A DNA stretch of 64,000 nt, taken from the NCBI GenBank assembly GCA_964621195.1, contig CAZULJ010000003.1, positions 24,412-88,411 of the forward strand, written 5' to 3'. Under the pieces are notes generated by a model. That model saw only the letters and a list, made by a program, of their open reading frames with translations. It was not told the origin of the DNA and did no database searches. A program made the position numbers and the translations under genes. Positions 1 through 10,051 of this stretch are shown here, piece by piece; positions within the stretch are counted from its first letter, which is position 1, and the number at the start of each line of letters is the position of its first letter. This stretch comes from an uncultured Candidatus Saccharibacteria bacterium. Its GTDB lineage: Bacteria > Patescibacteriota > Dojkabacteria > SC72.

Positions 1-1132
1 TACCTTTAGAATTTAAGAATTCAGAGATACTGTTTCCATCCCTATTAGTTTCAACATTGAAGATATTTTTACAACCTCTAAATGTAAAACCTTCTAAATG
101 AAAGGCTATTGGACCGTACTTTAGTTTGCTATCAGTTGGGCCAAAAGGTTTAAACCAATCTATACCTTTGAAATTACCAAAGAGCTCTTCAGTTAGCGAT
201 TGTTCATACTCCTCAAGTTTCTCCCAGCCACCTACTCTCTCCAATGCATTCTCAAACCATTCGATAGCAAAACCAAGAACAATACCGCCACCAATATCTG
301 GAGTTCCAGCTTCAAACTTCCAAGGTAAGTCATTGTATTCAAAATCCTTCAAAGAAACAGCAGAGATCATTTCTCCTCCCCCCATCCATGGGGTAAGATT
401 CTTCAAATACTCTTCTTTGCAATACACTGCGCCAGTACCCGTTGGTGCATATGCCTTGTGTCCTGAAAATACCAAAGAGTCACATCCTATACTCTTCACA
501 TCTACCTTGGTGTGCACGATACTTTGTGCAGCATCTAGGATAGTGAAGGACCCATTCTTCTTTGCAAGTTTAAATATCTCCTCTACGGGATTCTTTAATC
601 CAAGTACATTAGAGATATGTACAACAGAAACTATCTTAATCTTCTTGCCCTCTTTCTTTAACAAATCTTTATACCAATCAAGATCAAGTGTGTAATCCTC
701 CTTTACAGGGATATATTCAATTCTAAAGTTTATTTCCTTTTGTAAAATCATCCAAGAAACGATATTACTGTGATGCTCCATCTCTGTAACAACAACGATA
801 TCTCCATCTTTAAGAAGCTTCCTACCAAATGTATTTACAAGGAGGTTTAATCCTTCAGTTGTATTTCTTACAAAGATTATTTCTTTGTATGAGTCAGCAT
901 TTATAAACTTTGCAACCTTCTCATGTGCCCACTCCCAAAGCTTTGTACCATTAACCGAAAGATCGTAAGGCCCTCTATGTATATTTGCATTCTCCTGCTC
1001 GTAGTACTGTTTAAGTCTGTCAATAACGAATTGAGGCTTCTGTGTAGTAGCAGCATTATCAAGATATACAAGACCCTTACTAAAGGGGGTCTTTTTTAGA
1101 ATAGGGAACTCTTTACGAATCTCTTTAAACAT
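1..1132 (-). CDS. cysteine desulfurase, class-V aminotransferase (SufS/NifS-like); 3' end runs off the window
   Basis: Manual translation of the minus strand from ATG (rc of 1130-1132) gives MFKEIRKEFPILKK...GLVYLDNAATTQKP...ANIHRG...SGHKAYAPTGTGAVY (PLP-lysine SGHK motif)...GPIAFHLEG. The frame is open to position 1. The ORF track missed it because it is edge-truncated. Confidence 0.8.
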   Translation of the reverse strand, partial: MFKEIRKEFPILKKTPFSKGLVYLDNAATTQKPQFVIDRLKQYYEQENANIHRGPYDLSVNGTKLWEWAHEKVAKFINADSYKEIIFVRNTTEGLNLLVNTFGRKLLKDGDIVVVTEMEHHSNIVSWMILQKEINFRIEYIPVKEDYTLDLDWYKDLLKKEGKKIKIVSVVHISNVLGLKNPVEEIFKLAKKNGSFTILDAAQSIVHTKVDVKSIGCDSLVFSGHKAYAPTGTGAVYCKEEYLKNLTPWMGGGEMISAVSLKDFEYNDLPWKFEAGTPDIGGGIVLGFAIEWFENALERVGGWEKLEEYEQSLTEELFGNFKGIDWFKPFGPTDSKLKYGPIAFHLEGFTFRGCKNIFNVETNRDGNSISEFLNSKG

Positions 1133-1148
1133 ATTAATTGATTAAAAA

Positions 1149-1709
1149 TTAAAAGTTCTTCCACATCTTACTCGCTTGTACCGTCATATCGCCCTTATAC
1201 TTACTATTAAGACCTGCACTTCCATACGGTCTCTCACACTCTCTATCCAATTGCTCAAATGCAAGCTGTGCAATCTTCATTCCCTCATAGATACGAATAG
1301 GTAGAGGTGATAGATTTGCAATCTCTAATGTTAATCTAAGCTTGTTACCTGGATCTAGAAATCCTGCAGTAGCATGAATTATAAGTCCCATTCTTGCAAG
1401 AGAGCTTTTTCCCTCCAATCTCCCTACGTGCCTATTATCCACGCCAGTTACTTCGACTACATTCGCTAGTACAAACTCTCCAGGCTTGAGTGTATATCCT
1501 ACGATATCGTTAATCTCTATTTTTACCATTAGATCTTCTACTGGCTTTTTAACATCTATTAATTCATGTTTTTCCGTATTAAATACTAATATATTTTTAT
1601 CTAAGTGAAGATCATATGAGGCGGGTTGTACAAATTCAGGAGAGAAGGGTTCTATACTAATTTCTCCGCTTTGTATTTTTTCTTTCAGTGTCCTATCTGA
1701 GAGTATCAT
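1149..1709 (-). CDS. dcd: dCTP deaminase
   Basis: 186 aa: MILSDRTLKE...ISIEPF...QPASYDLHL...GRLEGKSSLARMGL, the characteristic Dcd/dUTPase-fold signature. Confidence 0.9.
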   Translation of the reverse strand: MILSDRTLKEKIQSGEISIEPFSPEFVQPASYDLHLDKNILVFNTEKHELIDVKKPVEDLMVKIEINDIVGYTLKPGEFVLANVVEVTGVDNRHVGRLEGKSSLARMGLIIHATAGFLDPGNKLRLTLEIANLSPLPIRIYEGMKIAQLAFEQLDRECERPYGSAGLNSKYKGDMTVQASKMWKNF

Positions 1710-1730
1710 ATCTATATATTATTTATTATA

Positions 1731-3326
1731 TTAACTTCTATCTACAAACTGTTCCTTTGACTTTGGGTCAGGTCTTTCTGTACTACCTAGTAAGGGTTTC
1801 CAAATTGGATCTAGTTCGCTAAGTAATTCTAACCATTTATGAACCAAAACTCTATATGCGATGTGCCCTCCTCTTCTAACCCGAAGATTTATTGTGTATT
1901 GTAGGTCATCAAATGATCCATAGAATACATATTTTGTTGAGTGGGCATGTGGTAATAGATATTTTGTATATTCCAAAGAAACCTCCTCCGACATAAATTG
2001 TTTAGAAACTCTTCTCCAGTTTTTTATCATCTCGTATGTAGAGGTCAGAGATTTCTCGTACTCTTTTCGCAAATTATCAAGAAATGAAATCTCAAGATAG
2101 TTACATAGGAAGTAGCAATCCTTACTGTTTCTATCCAACTCTTTATCTATATCCAAGCTATCATGGAAAAGTGGAATATATCTTTCAAAACTTCTATGCC
2201 TATTTAGATCCTTTAGAGTACCTAGTGTTGCCATACCTTCAACCTTTATAGAACCTGACTGACCAATATTTCCAAGTAGATTGTGATGGTTATGATTCTC
2301 AAATATTTTTTCACCCAAGATTATCTGGTCTTGTTCATCAAACTCTAACTCTTTTTTACTACCTAATGGATTTAGAAGAAGTTCGTAATTAGTTATCAGA
2401 TTCTCTACGGGATTCATATTGTAAGATATATTGCATGAATCCTTCTCACAGCCGGCATTCTTGTAACTTTTCTGCTCAGAAATATGCTCTCGAAGGTACT
2501 GTAAAATCGATTTAGTGGAGTTTCTTCTACAACAGTTAGCATCTGTATGACGGATTAAACCATCAGCTTCTCTAATATATCCAGGAATTTCTAAATTCGA
2601 CTCTCCAAGGAGATTCATAAGGAGGTTGGCTACCTCGTTATCAACTACACTGTCGTTTGCATTGAAGTATGCTATTAATTCTGACCAATTCCTAGCAGAC
2701 ATAACTGCAGCTAAACTGGTTTGTAAGCCGTATGGTAAAAGATATCTTGCGACATCAAAGCTCCTCGCTTTCCAAGCAGATACTTCATTTTGATTATCCT
2801 CATTTATCTTAAAAGTTCCCTTTAGTGTTTCTTTCGTTTTCTTCAATAGGTTTCTATAGTCTGACATCTGCTTGAGCATAATTCGATCGTATTCCTTCCT
2901 TATCTCGGTGTCTTTACATAGTTCTTTTGGTACTTTAATAAATTCTGGATTTTCAAAGTTTTGATATCTTGTTGATCTCTCTTGTCCAGATATCACAGAA
3001 TTCAGGTAAAAGATCTTCATCGCAGTAAACATCGGGATATTTTCGATACACAGAAAAAGATCTGCCATATCACCTACAGATTTATGACCGTATCCATGGA
3101 ATATCTTTTCTAGCCTTTCTGCAGCATCTGTATTTGTTTCAAGAATTTCTTTTGCAATATCTGTAATACTATCTGCAGATCTGCTGTACCTCGCACCAAG
3201 ATATGCATTAATAGAGGGTTGTTTTTTTGAAGGGTTTTGGAGGAGAGTATGAACTTTGAATTTATTCCATACGGATTGAGATTTTACAGTTGCTATCTGT
3301 AAATCTTTTCTAAAGGTTCCCTTCAT
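1731..3326 (-). CDS. thyX: FAD-dependent thymidylate synthase ThyX-like, apparently a tandem two-domain fusion
   Basis: 531 aa. The first half has ThyX-like SxxExSxRY (SGQERSTRYQNF...FIKVP) and ARYLLPYGLQTSLAAVMSARNWSELIAYFN, matching the ThyX ARxxLP...NAR...NLR block, but lacks RHR. The second half has RHRSFERY plus YLLPHAHSTKYVFYGSFDDLQYTINLRVRR. It sits between dcd and glyA/folD. Confidence 0.6.
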   Translation of the reverse strand: MKGTFRKDLQIATVKSQSVWNKFKVHTLLQNPSKKQPSINAYLGARYSRSADSITDIAKEILETNTDAAERLEKIFHGYGHKSVGDMADLFLCIENIPMFTAMKIFYLNSVISGQERSTRYQNFENPEFIKVPKELCKDTEIRKEYDRIMLKQMSDYRNLLKKTKETLKGTFKINEDNQNEVSAWKARSFDVARYLLPYGLQTSLAAVMSARNWSELIAYFNANDSVVDNEVANLLMNLLGESNLEIPGYIREADGLIRHTDANCCRRNSTKSILQYLREHISEQKSYKNAGCEKDSCNISYNMNPVENLITNYELLLNPLGSKKELEFDEQDQIILGEKIFENHNHHNLLGNIGQSGSIKVEGMATLGTLKDLNRHRSFERYIPLFHDSLDIDKELDRNSKDCYFLCNYLEISFLDNLRKEYEKSLTSTYEMIKNWRRVSKQFMSEEVSLEYTKYLLPHAHSTKYVFYGSFDDLQYTINLRVRRGGHIAYRVLVHKWLELLSELDPIWKPLLGSTERPDPKSKEQFVDRS

Positions 3327-3346
3327 GTGTATTTAGATTTTTGAAT

Positions 3347-4567
3347 TTATCTCTTTATTCCAGGGATTGGAAATTGTTTTGCAAAATTTTTTACTTTAGA
3401 TTTGATATCCTCTTTTTCCTTTAGGATGGTGGTTATCATTTCAGCAACATGGACCATATCTTCTTCAACAAAACCTCTGGTAGTTATTGCTGGAGTACCT
3501 ATTCTAATTCCTGATGGATCCCAAGGTTTTCTTGGATCACTTGGTATTGCGTTCTTGTTTACTGTGATATTGGAATTCTCAAGTAAATCGGAAGCTTCCT
3601 TTCCACTCAACCCAACACTAGATATTGTATCTACAAGGAAGAGGTGATTATCAGTCCCCCCTGAAACGATCTTAAATCCTCTCTTAGAAAGTTCTTCTGA
3701 AAGTTTCTTTGAATTGAGTACTATCTGTTTTGCATATGTACGGAATTCTTGGGTACTCGCCTCTTTAAGTGCAAGCGCAATACCTGCAGTTGTATGATTG
3801 TGTGGACCACCCTGAAGCCCTGGGAACACCGCCTTGTCTATACTCTCCCCATATTCACCTTTACTCAGAATCATAGCTCCTCTTGGACCTCTAAGAGTCT
3901 TGTGAGTTGTTGTAGTAACAACATCTGCAATACCAATAGGAGATGGATATTCTCCAGCAACAATTAAGCCCGCAACATGTGCTATATCTGCAACAAGAAG
4001 AGCATTAACTTCATCTGCTATTTTGCGAAATTCTTCCCAATCAACAATCCTTGAATATGCTGAAAATCCAGTCCAAATCAATTTAGGAGACACTTCATGG
4101 GCTATCTTTCTTACAGAATCATAGTCTATATACCCATCTTCGTTTAATCCATAGCTAAATGATTCGAAGTATTTACCACTAATTGAGACCTTAAAACCAT
4201 GGGTCAAATGACCACCTGAGGCAAGTTCCATACCCATTGTACGATCCCCTGGATTAAGAAATGCTAAATGAACAGCCAAATTTGCAGGGGAACCAGAATA
4301 TGGTTGTACATTAACATGCTCTGCATGGAAAAGATCTTTAGCTCTGGATATACAGATCTTTTCTATTTCATCGATATACTCATTGCCTCCATAATATCGT
4401 TTATCTGGATATCCTTCCGAATATTTGTTCGTTAGAATACTACCCATTGCAGAAAGGACGTCCTCACTGACATAGTTTTCTGAAGCTATTAATTCAATAC
4501 CTTCAATCTGTCTTTTAGCTTCTTTATCAATATATTTGAAAACTTCATCTCTAGTACTTTTTGACAT
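3347..4567 (-). CDS. glyA: serine hydroxymethyltransferase
   Basis: ELIASENYVSEDVLSAMGSILTNKYSEGYP..RYYGG, the PLP-lysine region TTTTHKTLRGPRG. The start is moved to the internal ATG (MSKSTRDEVFKYI) at 4565-4567, which then overlaps the folD stop by 17 nt. The longest ORF would extend to 4609. Confidence 0.93.
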   Translation of the reverse strand: MSKSTRDEVFKYIDKEAKRQIEGIELIASENYVSEDVLSAMGSILTNKYSEGYPDKRYYGGNEYIDEIEKICISRAKDLFHAEHVNVQPYSGSPANLAVHLAFLNPGDRTMGMELASGGHLTHGFKVSISGKYFESFSYGLNEDGYIDYDSVRKIAHEVSPKLIWTGFSAYSRIVDWEEFRKIADEVNALLVADIAHVAGLIVAGEYPSPIGIADVVTTTTHKTLRGPRGAMILSKGEYGESIDKAVFPGLQGGPHNHTTAGIALALKEASTQEFRTYAKQIVLNSKKLSEELSKRGFKIVSGGTDNHLFLVDTISSVGLSGKEASDLLENSNITVNKNAIPSDPRKPWDPSGIRIGTPAITTRGFVEEDMVHVAEMITTILKEKEDIKSKVKNFAKQFPIPGIKR

Positions 4568-5408
4568 TTCTAATATATACCTCAAACAAATTATCAAGGA
4601 GGGAGGCAATTGTCATTGGACCTATACCACCTGGTACAGGAGTTATATATGAGGCAACCTTTTGTGCACTACTAAATTTTACGTCTCCGACAAGAGTTCC
4701 TTCTACTGATTTATTCGTACCGATATCAAGAACCACAGCACCCTCTTTTATATATCCCTTGTCTATGAACTCTGCCTTTCCTATACCCACAACAAGAATA
4801 TCTGCTTCTTTGCAAACATCCTTAAGATTTTTTGTATGCGAGTGACATACAGTTACAGTACAGTTTGCATTTTGCAACATTGCTGCTACTGGCAGACCTA
4901 CAATGTCGCTCCTACCGATTACCACTGCCCTTTTTCCATCAAGAGAAATCTTATACTCCTCCAAGATCTTGATGACACCCTTTGCAGTTGCGGGTGCAAT
5001 TGCAGTAGAATCATTCTTGAAAAGTTTTCCCAAATTTGAAGAGGTTAAACCATCAACATCCTTCCTAGGATCTATACTTTCGAGTATCTCATTTGTTTTA
5101 AAAGACTTCGGTAGGGGTAGCTGTACCATTAATCCATCAACCCTACTATCTTTGTTTAACTCTTGTATTAGATTTGTTATCTCTTCTGAAGAGGTACTTT
5201 CCCCAAATTCATGTACAATTGCTTTGATACCTAATTCGGTAGCTCTCTTTCTTTTCATGTCGACATATTTTTGACTTGCATAGTCATTACCAACTAAAAG
5301 AATATCAAGCCTTGGGATCCTAGAGCCTAAATCTATATGATTACGAATTTCATCTTTAAGGGAATCCAATATCTTTTGTGAGGTTACTTTTCCATCTAGT
5401 AGAGTCAT
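4551..5408 (-). CDS. folD: bifunctional methylenetetrahydrofolate dehydrogenase/cyclohydrolase
   Basis: 285 aa: MTLLDGK..., VVIGRSDIVGLPVAAML, PGGIGPMTIA, typical FolD. Confidence 0.93.
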   Translation of the reverse strand: MTLLDGKVTSQKILDSLKDEIRNHIDLGSRIPRLDILLVGNDYASQKYVDMKRKRATELGIKAIVHEFGESTSSEEITNLIQELNKDSRVDGLMVQLPLPKSFKTNEILESIDPRKDVDGLTSSNLGKLFKNDSTAIAPATAKGVIKILEEYKISLDGKRAVVIGRSDIVGLPVAAMLQNANCTVTVCHSHTKNLKDVCKEADILVVGIGKAEFIDKGYIKEGAVVLDIGTNKSVEGTLVGDVKFSSAQKVASYITPVPGGIGPMTIASLLDNLFEVYIRNVKKY

Positions 5409-5473
5409 CTATTTGCTCCTAACAATTATTCTTCCCAAGTATTTTACAGGATATATTCAAGTTTTGCTAAATA

Positions 5474-7279
5474 TTACTGATTGTATTTTACCTGTTTAAA
5501 GAACCTACCCTTCTTACCAATTAATTCTCTCCAATTACCTGCATCAACAACATGGCCATTATCAAAGAAGTATATTTTGTCAAACTTATCAAGCAGATCT
5601 GTATCTCTTGTAATGAGAATAACGGAGCGATCTTTTCCTGCGAAATTCATTATGCCCTTAAGAATAAAATCTCTAGATGGAGCATCTATAAAGGTAAAAG
5701 GTTCATCCATTACAAAAATATCCCTATTTCTATACAGCATTCTAGCGATAGCTAATCGTTGCCAATACCCCGGGGAGAGCTCTTTACCATCAAGATACTT
5801 TCCTAGTTTAAGATTATCCGTTATACCTTCTTTTTTCATAAATTTGTCTATCTCACATATTCTTATTACCTTTCTATATAGCTCCATATCAATATTCTTT
5901 CTGTGTCCAGTAAGTGTGATATTTTCCCTAATACTAAAATTGTAGTTAACAAAATTTTGGAAAGTAACTGCAATCTTTCTTTTTAATTCACCCCTGCCTA
6001 ATTCTCTTATAGAATACCCACCTATTTGATAGTCTCCTACAGTTATTTCATACAAGCCGGAAAGAATCTTTAGAAGACTGCTTTTACCAGAACCATCACC
6101 ACCAAAAATTGCGACCTTGTCACCAGCCTTAATTTCAAGATTGATATTCTCAAGTACTTTTCTTTCTGGTTCATCCGGATATGCAAAATCCAAACTATGG
6201 AATGCAAGAGATGGGACATTTTTCCCTAATTTTTGGAATCCGTGATTCTCGTCTCCAAAGCCTTTATAGTTAACAAAATCGAAGTATTTGGAAGTATATG
6301 AAATGTATGCATTAAGTAGAGAGAATGTATTAAACATATGGAAATCACTGCTGTATACGACATTAACATAGTTAAAGAGGGCACTAAAGGTACCAATGGT
6401 TAACCTATTTGTTATTGAATACGCAAGAAGATAAATTACATATGCATACTTTAGTAGCTGACCGAATACAGAACCAAATGTCTGATCTATTGTGGAATGC
6501 TTCCTTCTCTCAAAGAGACCCTCTAAATACTTTTCCCTTTCAGTTTTGTATGTTCTCTTAAGGAAATCATATGTGTTATCTACCCTAAGTTCCATAAAGT
6601 TACGGATATCCATTGAGAGTGTATAGAATATGTAATTTGTTAATTTGAGAGAATCAATTTGATTGTCATCATATATTTGGATCCTCTTTCTATTGAAATG
6701 GGAGAGTAACACCTCTGGTATTACAAATATTAACAAAACAATAGTGACCATTCCTAAATCGGAAGAAAGAATTACAAATGCTGTTACAAATCTAGTCACT
6801 TCATAAACAATGCTTGAGAAGGCTTGATATGAAAGCAACATATTGTTTATTGAGTAGGTTGATATGTAATCTATGAGGTTTTGAAGTTTAGGTTGTTCAA
6901 TATCTTGTAGATTAGAGTTCGATATCTTCTCCATTACTTCGAGATTCGCATCTTTCCAAACCTTGTCAGTAATATTGTCGCTTATATATTGTCGAACCTT
7001 GGTACCAGCAGAAAGAAATATCCAGAGAACAAGTGAAAGGGAGAGGTAGTAGAATGAGTCTGTTATGAAATATTGCTGTATATCAAACCCTCTAGAGTTT
7101 TTAATAACCTCGACAGTGGCATCCAAGAACTTACCCGCAACAGAGATACCTGCCATTTCAGCTATAATGACTACAATAAAAACTAAGTCTCTTAGGATTA
7201 CTTCCTTTGTATATCTTGTGTAAAAGAAGATAATAATTTGCCAGAGAGTCTTTATCTTTTCTTGTATAATGGTTCTCAT
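5474..7279 (-). CDS. ABC transporter, fused permease/ATP-binding protein (MsbA-like exporter)
   Basis: 601 aa. N-terminal 6-TM region, Walker A GGDGSGKSSL, ABC signature LSPGYWQRLAIARM, Walker B IFVMDEP. Confidence 0.85.
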   Translation of the reverse strand: MRTIIQEKIKTLWQIIIFFYTRYTKEVILRDLVFIVVIIAEMAGISVAGKFLDATVEVIKNSRGFDIQQYFITDSFYYLSLSLVLWIFLSAGTKVRQYISDNITDKVWKDANLEVMEKISNSNLQDIEQPKLQNLIDYISTYSINNMLLSYQAFSSIVYEVTRFVTAFVILSSDLGMVTIVLLIFVIPEVLLSHFNRKRIQIYDDNQIDSLKLTNYIFYTLSMDIRNFMELRVDNTYDFLKRTYKTEREKYLEGLFERRKHSTIDQTFGSVFGQLLKYAYVIYLLAYSITNRLTIGTFSALFNYVNVVYSSDFHMFNTFSLLNAYISYTSKYFDFVNYKGFGDENHGFQKLGKNVPSLAFHSLDFAYPDEPERKVLENINLEIKAGDKVAIFGGDGSGKSSLLKILSGLYEITVGDYQIGGYSIRELGRGELKRKIAVTFQNFVNYNFSIRENITLTGHRKNIDMELYRKVIRICEIDKFMKKEGITDNLKLGKYLDGKELSPGYWQRLAIARMLYRNRDIFVMDEPFTFIDAPSRDFILKGIMNFAGKDRSVILITRDTDLLDKFDKIYFFDNGHVVDAGNWRELIGKKGRFFKQVKYNQ

Positions 7280-7295
7280 CTAGAAATATAATAAC

Positions 7296-7751
7296 ATGAG
7301 AGACAACAAATATTTAGAATTTTTACTATACGATATCTGGGAAAATCACTTTTGTGATGTACCTAGATTAAATATCGTGGATATAAAGTATGGGAAATAC
7401 TCTAAAAGACAACTTGGAAGTATTAAATTGATAAAAGATAGGGATACCTTTGAGAGGTACATTAAGAAGAAGGATATAAATCCTCATAGTATAGAGAATC
7501 AATCGATTTCTGTAATAACCTTAACAAGATATTACACCTCCGAAGATATACCTGAATATGTTATACGAGCAACAATAATTCATGAATTATGCCACTATAC
7601 ACACGGTTTTAACTCCCCTCTTAAACAGATATATAAGCATCCACATAGAGGTGGGGTGATCAGAAAAGAGTTTCAGAAGAGAGATTTAATAGATACATAT
7701 ACCATCTCAAGGAAATGGCTAAAAGATAACTGGAGGAATATCGCTTCTTAA
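7296..7751 (+). CDS. SprT/DUF45 (YgjP/WLM)-like zinc metallopeptidase
   Basis: 151 aa with IIHELCHYTHGFNSP (HExxH followed by a third His) and an upstream KRQLGSIKL resembling the DUF45/SprT RWGSCS motif. The family call is tentative. Confidence 0.5.
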   Translation: MRDNKYLEFLLYDIWENHFCDVPRLNIVDIKYGKYSKRQLGSIKLIKDRDTFERYIKKKDINPHSIENQSISVITLTRYYTSEDIPEYVIRATIIHELCHYTHGFNSPLKQIYKHPHRGGVIRKEFQKRDLIDTYTISRKWLKDNWRNIAS

Positions 7752-7784
7752 AAAAGAATCTTACTTCTATATTGCATACTCTCG

Positions 7785-7800
7785 GAATTGCCTACAATTC
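7785..7800 (+). promoter_or_regulatory. perfect palindrome GAATTG-N4-CAATTC just upstream of the repressor start: candidate operator
   Basis: GAATTGCCTACAATTC at 7785-7800. The ATG is at 7807. Confidence 0.35.
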
Positions 7801-7806
7801 TTAAAT

Positions 7807-8349
7807 ATGAATCGCAATTATATAGGGGAAAATATTCGCATATACAGAGAAAGGAGTAAATTAACACAACAGGAATTAGCAGACAAAGTTGGAGTATCTT
7901 GGGAGATGGTTTCAAGGTATGAAAGATCTGCAAGCTCCCCTCTAAAAAAGCTAGAGAAGTTAGCAGAAGCTTTGCAGGTTTCTAAGTCACAGCTACTGGA
8001 GGAACATATTCCAGAAGGTACCGGTGCAATAGAGTATAGAGTTCCTCTTTTTACAAATATACCCTCTCCAGCTAGGTTCCAACCTTCTCAAACAAACTAT
8101 TACTACTCATGTCCTGAATGGATATCAAAACAGTATTCAGATGTAATTGCCATAGATAGCAAGTTAACACATACGAACATCCCAAATTTCCTTCTCAATG
8201 GTATTCTCTTCGTTTCAAAAGAAGGAAAACCTAAGCACGGAGATCTCTTCATATCAAAGGGTTATGATTCCTTGGAGTTAAAAAGATATGGAGGAGAGTC
8301 CACAGAGAATATATTAGGGAAATTAGTAGGACAAGAGCTTCGATATTAA
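7807..8349 (+). CDS. XRE-family HTH transcriptional repressor with a C-terminal domain resembling S24 (LexA/CI) peptidase
   Basis: The N-terminal LTQQELADKVGVSWEMVSRYERS...LEKLAEALQVSKSQLLEE is a canonical HTH_3. The C-terminal ...VPLFTNIP...AIDSKL...KHGDLFISKG...LELKRY...ILGKLVG loosely follows the S24 pattern (Ser region, Lys, KRL tail). That domain call is tentative. Confidence 0.5.
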   Translation: MNRNYIGENIRIYRERSKLTQQELADKVGVSWEMVSRYERSASSPLKKLEKLAEALQVSKSQLLEEHIPEGTGAIEYRVPLFTNIPSPARFQPSQTNYYYSCPEWISKQYSDVIAIDSKLTHTNIPNFLLNGILFVSKEGKPKHGDLFISKGYDSLELKRYGGESTENILGKLVGQELRY

Positions 8350-8378
8350 GAAAAAGACCCCTCTTTACGGGGTCTTTA
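8350..8378. terminator. bidirectional rho-independent terminator between the repressor gene (+) and groEL (-)
   Basis: AAAAAGACCCCtctttaCGGGGTCTTT: a GC stem flanked by an A-run on one side and a T-run on the other. Confidence 0.6.
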
Positions 8379-8399
8379 ACTTCTTGTTCTAACAAGAGA

Positions 8400-10025
8400 T
8401 TACATCATCCCCTGCATTCCAGACATATCAGGAGACATACCTTGATTACTTTTTTCCTCCGGTATCTCTGCAACTACTGCTTCAGTGGTGATAAGCATTG
8501 TACCTACGGATGCTGCATTTACCAATGCTAATCTTGTAACTTTTACAGGATCTATTATCCCTGTTTCTAGCATATCTACATATTCATCCGTCTTTGCATT
8601 GTATCCGAGGTTGTCATGACAGTTAGCAGCAATTACTGCTCCATCTTTACCTGCATTCTTTGCAATCTGCTTTAGAGGTTCACTTAGAACATTTTTCAAT
8701 ATTTCTACACCTAACTGCTCATCAGGATCCTCAAGATTTACCTTTTCTAAAGATTGCCTCATATTGTGTAATGCAAGCCCACCTCCAACAACAACTCCCT
8801 CTTCAATAGCAGCTCTGGTAGCGTGTATTGCATCTTCAACTCTTTGCTTCTTCTCTTTTGCTTCAACTTCGGAAGCTGCTCCGACTTTAATTACTGCAAC
8901 TCCTCCGGAGATCTTCGCAAGTCTTTCTTGTAATTTCTCTTTGTCATAGTCGGAGGTACTCGCATCTATCTGTGCTTTTATCTCTGCGACCCTCTTTTTA
9001 ATGTCAGATTCCTTACCAAGTCCTTCAACGATTACTGTGTTTTCCTTGCTAATGATAATCTTCTTTGCAGTACCAAGATCTGTCAAACCAACAGAGTCTA
9101 GAGTCTTACCAACCTCTTCTGAGATATACTCAGCTCCTGTTACAACTGCAATATCTCTTAGCATCTCTTTCTTTCTATCTCCAAATCCTGGAGCTTTTAC
9201 AGCTACTACATTAAGAGTTCCTCTCAATTTGTTAACTACGAGTGTTGCAAGTGCCTGATTTTCGATATCATCGGCAATGATTACTAATGGTCTATCTGCA
9301 GCTGCAAGAACTTTCTCAGCAATTGCTTGTATATCCTGCAATGTCGAGAGCTTCTTGTCTGTGACGAATATGTAAGGATTCTCCATTACTGTTTCTTGAG
9401 TTTCAGCGTCTGTAATAAAATAGGAGCTTACATATCCCTGATCAAATTGCATACCTTCTGTATATTCAATCTCATCTAAGAATCCTTTTGCTTCTTCTAC
9501 TGTAATAACACCATCTTTACCAACCTTGTTGAATACATCTCCAATCATCTTACCCAGCTCTTTGTCATTGTTAGAAGAGATTGTAGCAACCTGAGAGATT
9601 TCCTCTTTTCCACTGATTTTCTTTGCAGATTTTTGCAATGCTGCAACTACAATATCAACCCCCTTATCAAGACCTCTTTTTAAAGCGATAGGGTTAGAAC
9701 CTGCAGTTACATTTCTAAAACCAGCATTTGCAATAGCTTGTGCTAGAACAATAACTGTGGTTGTACCATCTCCTGCGAGATCGTTAACTCTTCTGGATGC
9801 TTCTTTCATCATTTCAACACCTACGTTTTTGAAAGGATCCTTATCTTCAATCTCCTTTGCAACAGTAACACCATCCTTTGTCACGACCTGAGATCCAAAT
9901 GTCTTCGCTATTGCAACATTTCTACCCTTTGGTCCAAGTGTAGTTTTCACTGCATTAGCTATAGTATCTACACCTGATTTGAGAGCTTTTCTTGCTTCTT
10001 CATCATAAATGATTGATTTTGCCAT
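8400..10025 (-). CDS. groL: chaperonin GroEL (Cpn60)
   Basis: 541 aa: [15 protein letters not shown]..., [13 protein letters not shown]-terminal GMM repeat tail. Confidence 0.97.
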   Translation of the reverse strand: MAKSIIYDEEARKALKSGVDTIANAVKTTLGPKGRNVAIAKTFGSQVVTKDGVTVAKEIEDKDPFKNVGVEMMKEASRRVNDLAGDGTTTVIVLAQAIANAGFRNVTAGSNPIALKRGLDKGVDIVVAALQKSAKKISGKEEISQVATISSNNDKELGKMIGDVFNKVGKDGVITVEEAKGFLDEIEYTEGMQFDQGYVSSYFITDAETQETVMENPYIFVTDKKLSTLQDIQAIAEKVLAAADRPLVIIADDIENQALATLVVNKLRGTLNVVAVKAPGFGDRKKEMLRDIAVVTGAEYISEEVGKTLDSVGLTDLGTAKKIIISKENTVIVEGLGKESDIKKRVAEIKAQIDASTSDYDKEKLQERLAKISGGVAVIKVGAASEVEAKEKKQRVEDAIHATRAAIEEGVVVGGGLALHNMRQSLEKVNLEDPDEQLGVEILKNVLSEPLKQIAKNAGKDGAVIAANCHDNLGYNAKTDEYVDMLETGIIDPVKVTRLALVNAASVGTMLITTEAVVAEIPEEKSNQGMSPDMSGMQGMM

Positions 10026-10051
10026 ATGTATTTTCTATTAAAATTTAAAAT

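Noticed and set aside
126-695. 189-aa plus-strand ORF at the left edge
   Set aside because: It lies antisense to a well-supported cysteine desulfurase reading frame on the minus strand (SGHK PLP motif). Its composition is low-complexity (S/P/F-rich).
7261-7292. Two TATAAT hexamers (7265-7270 and 7287-7292) upstream of the metalloprotease gene
   Set aside because: They are plausible -10 elements, but they overlap the ABC transporter coding N-terminus and cannot be told apart from AT-rich background without TSS data.
8764-9258. Plus-strand ORFs inside groEL, and similar plus-strand ORFs inside dnaK (16080-17485), rpoC (22854-26300) and rpoB (26588-29273)
   Set aside because: They are antisense to highly conserved genes. 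They are Ser/Thr/Pro-rich, as is typical of the reverse frames of AT-rich coding DNA.
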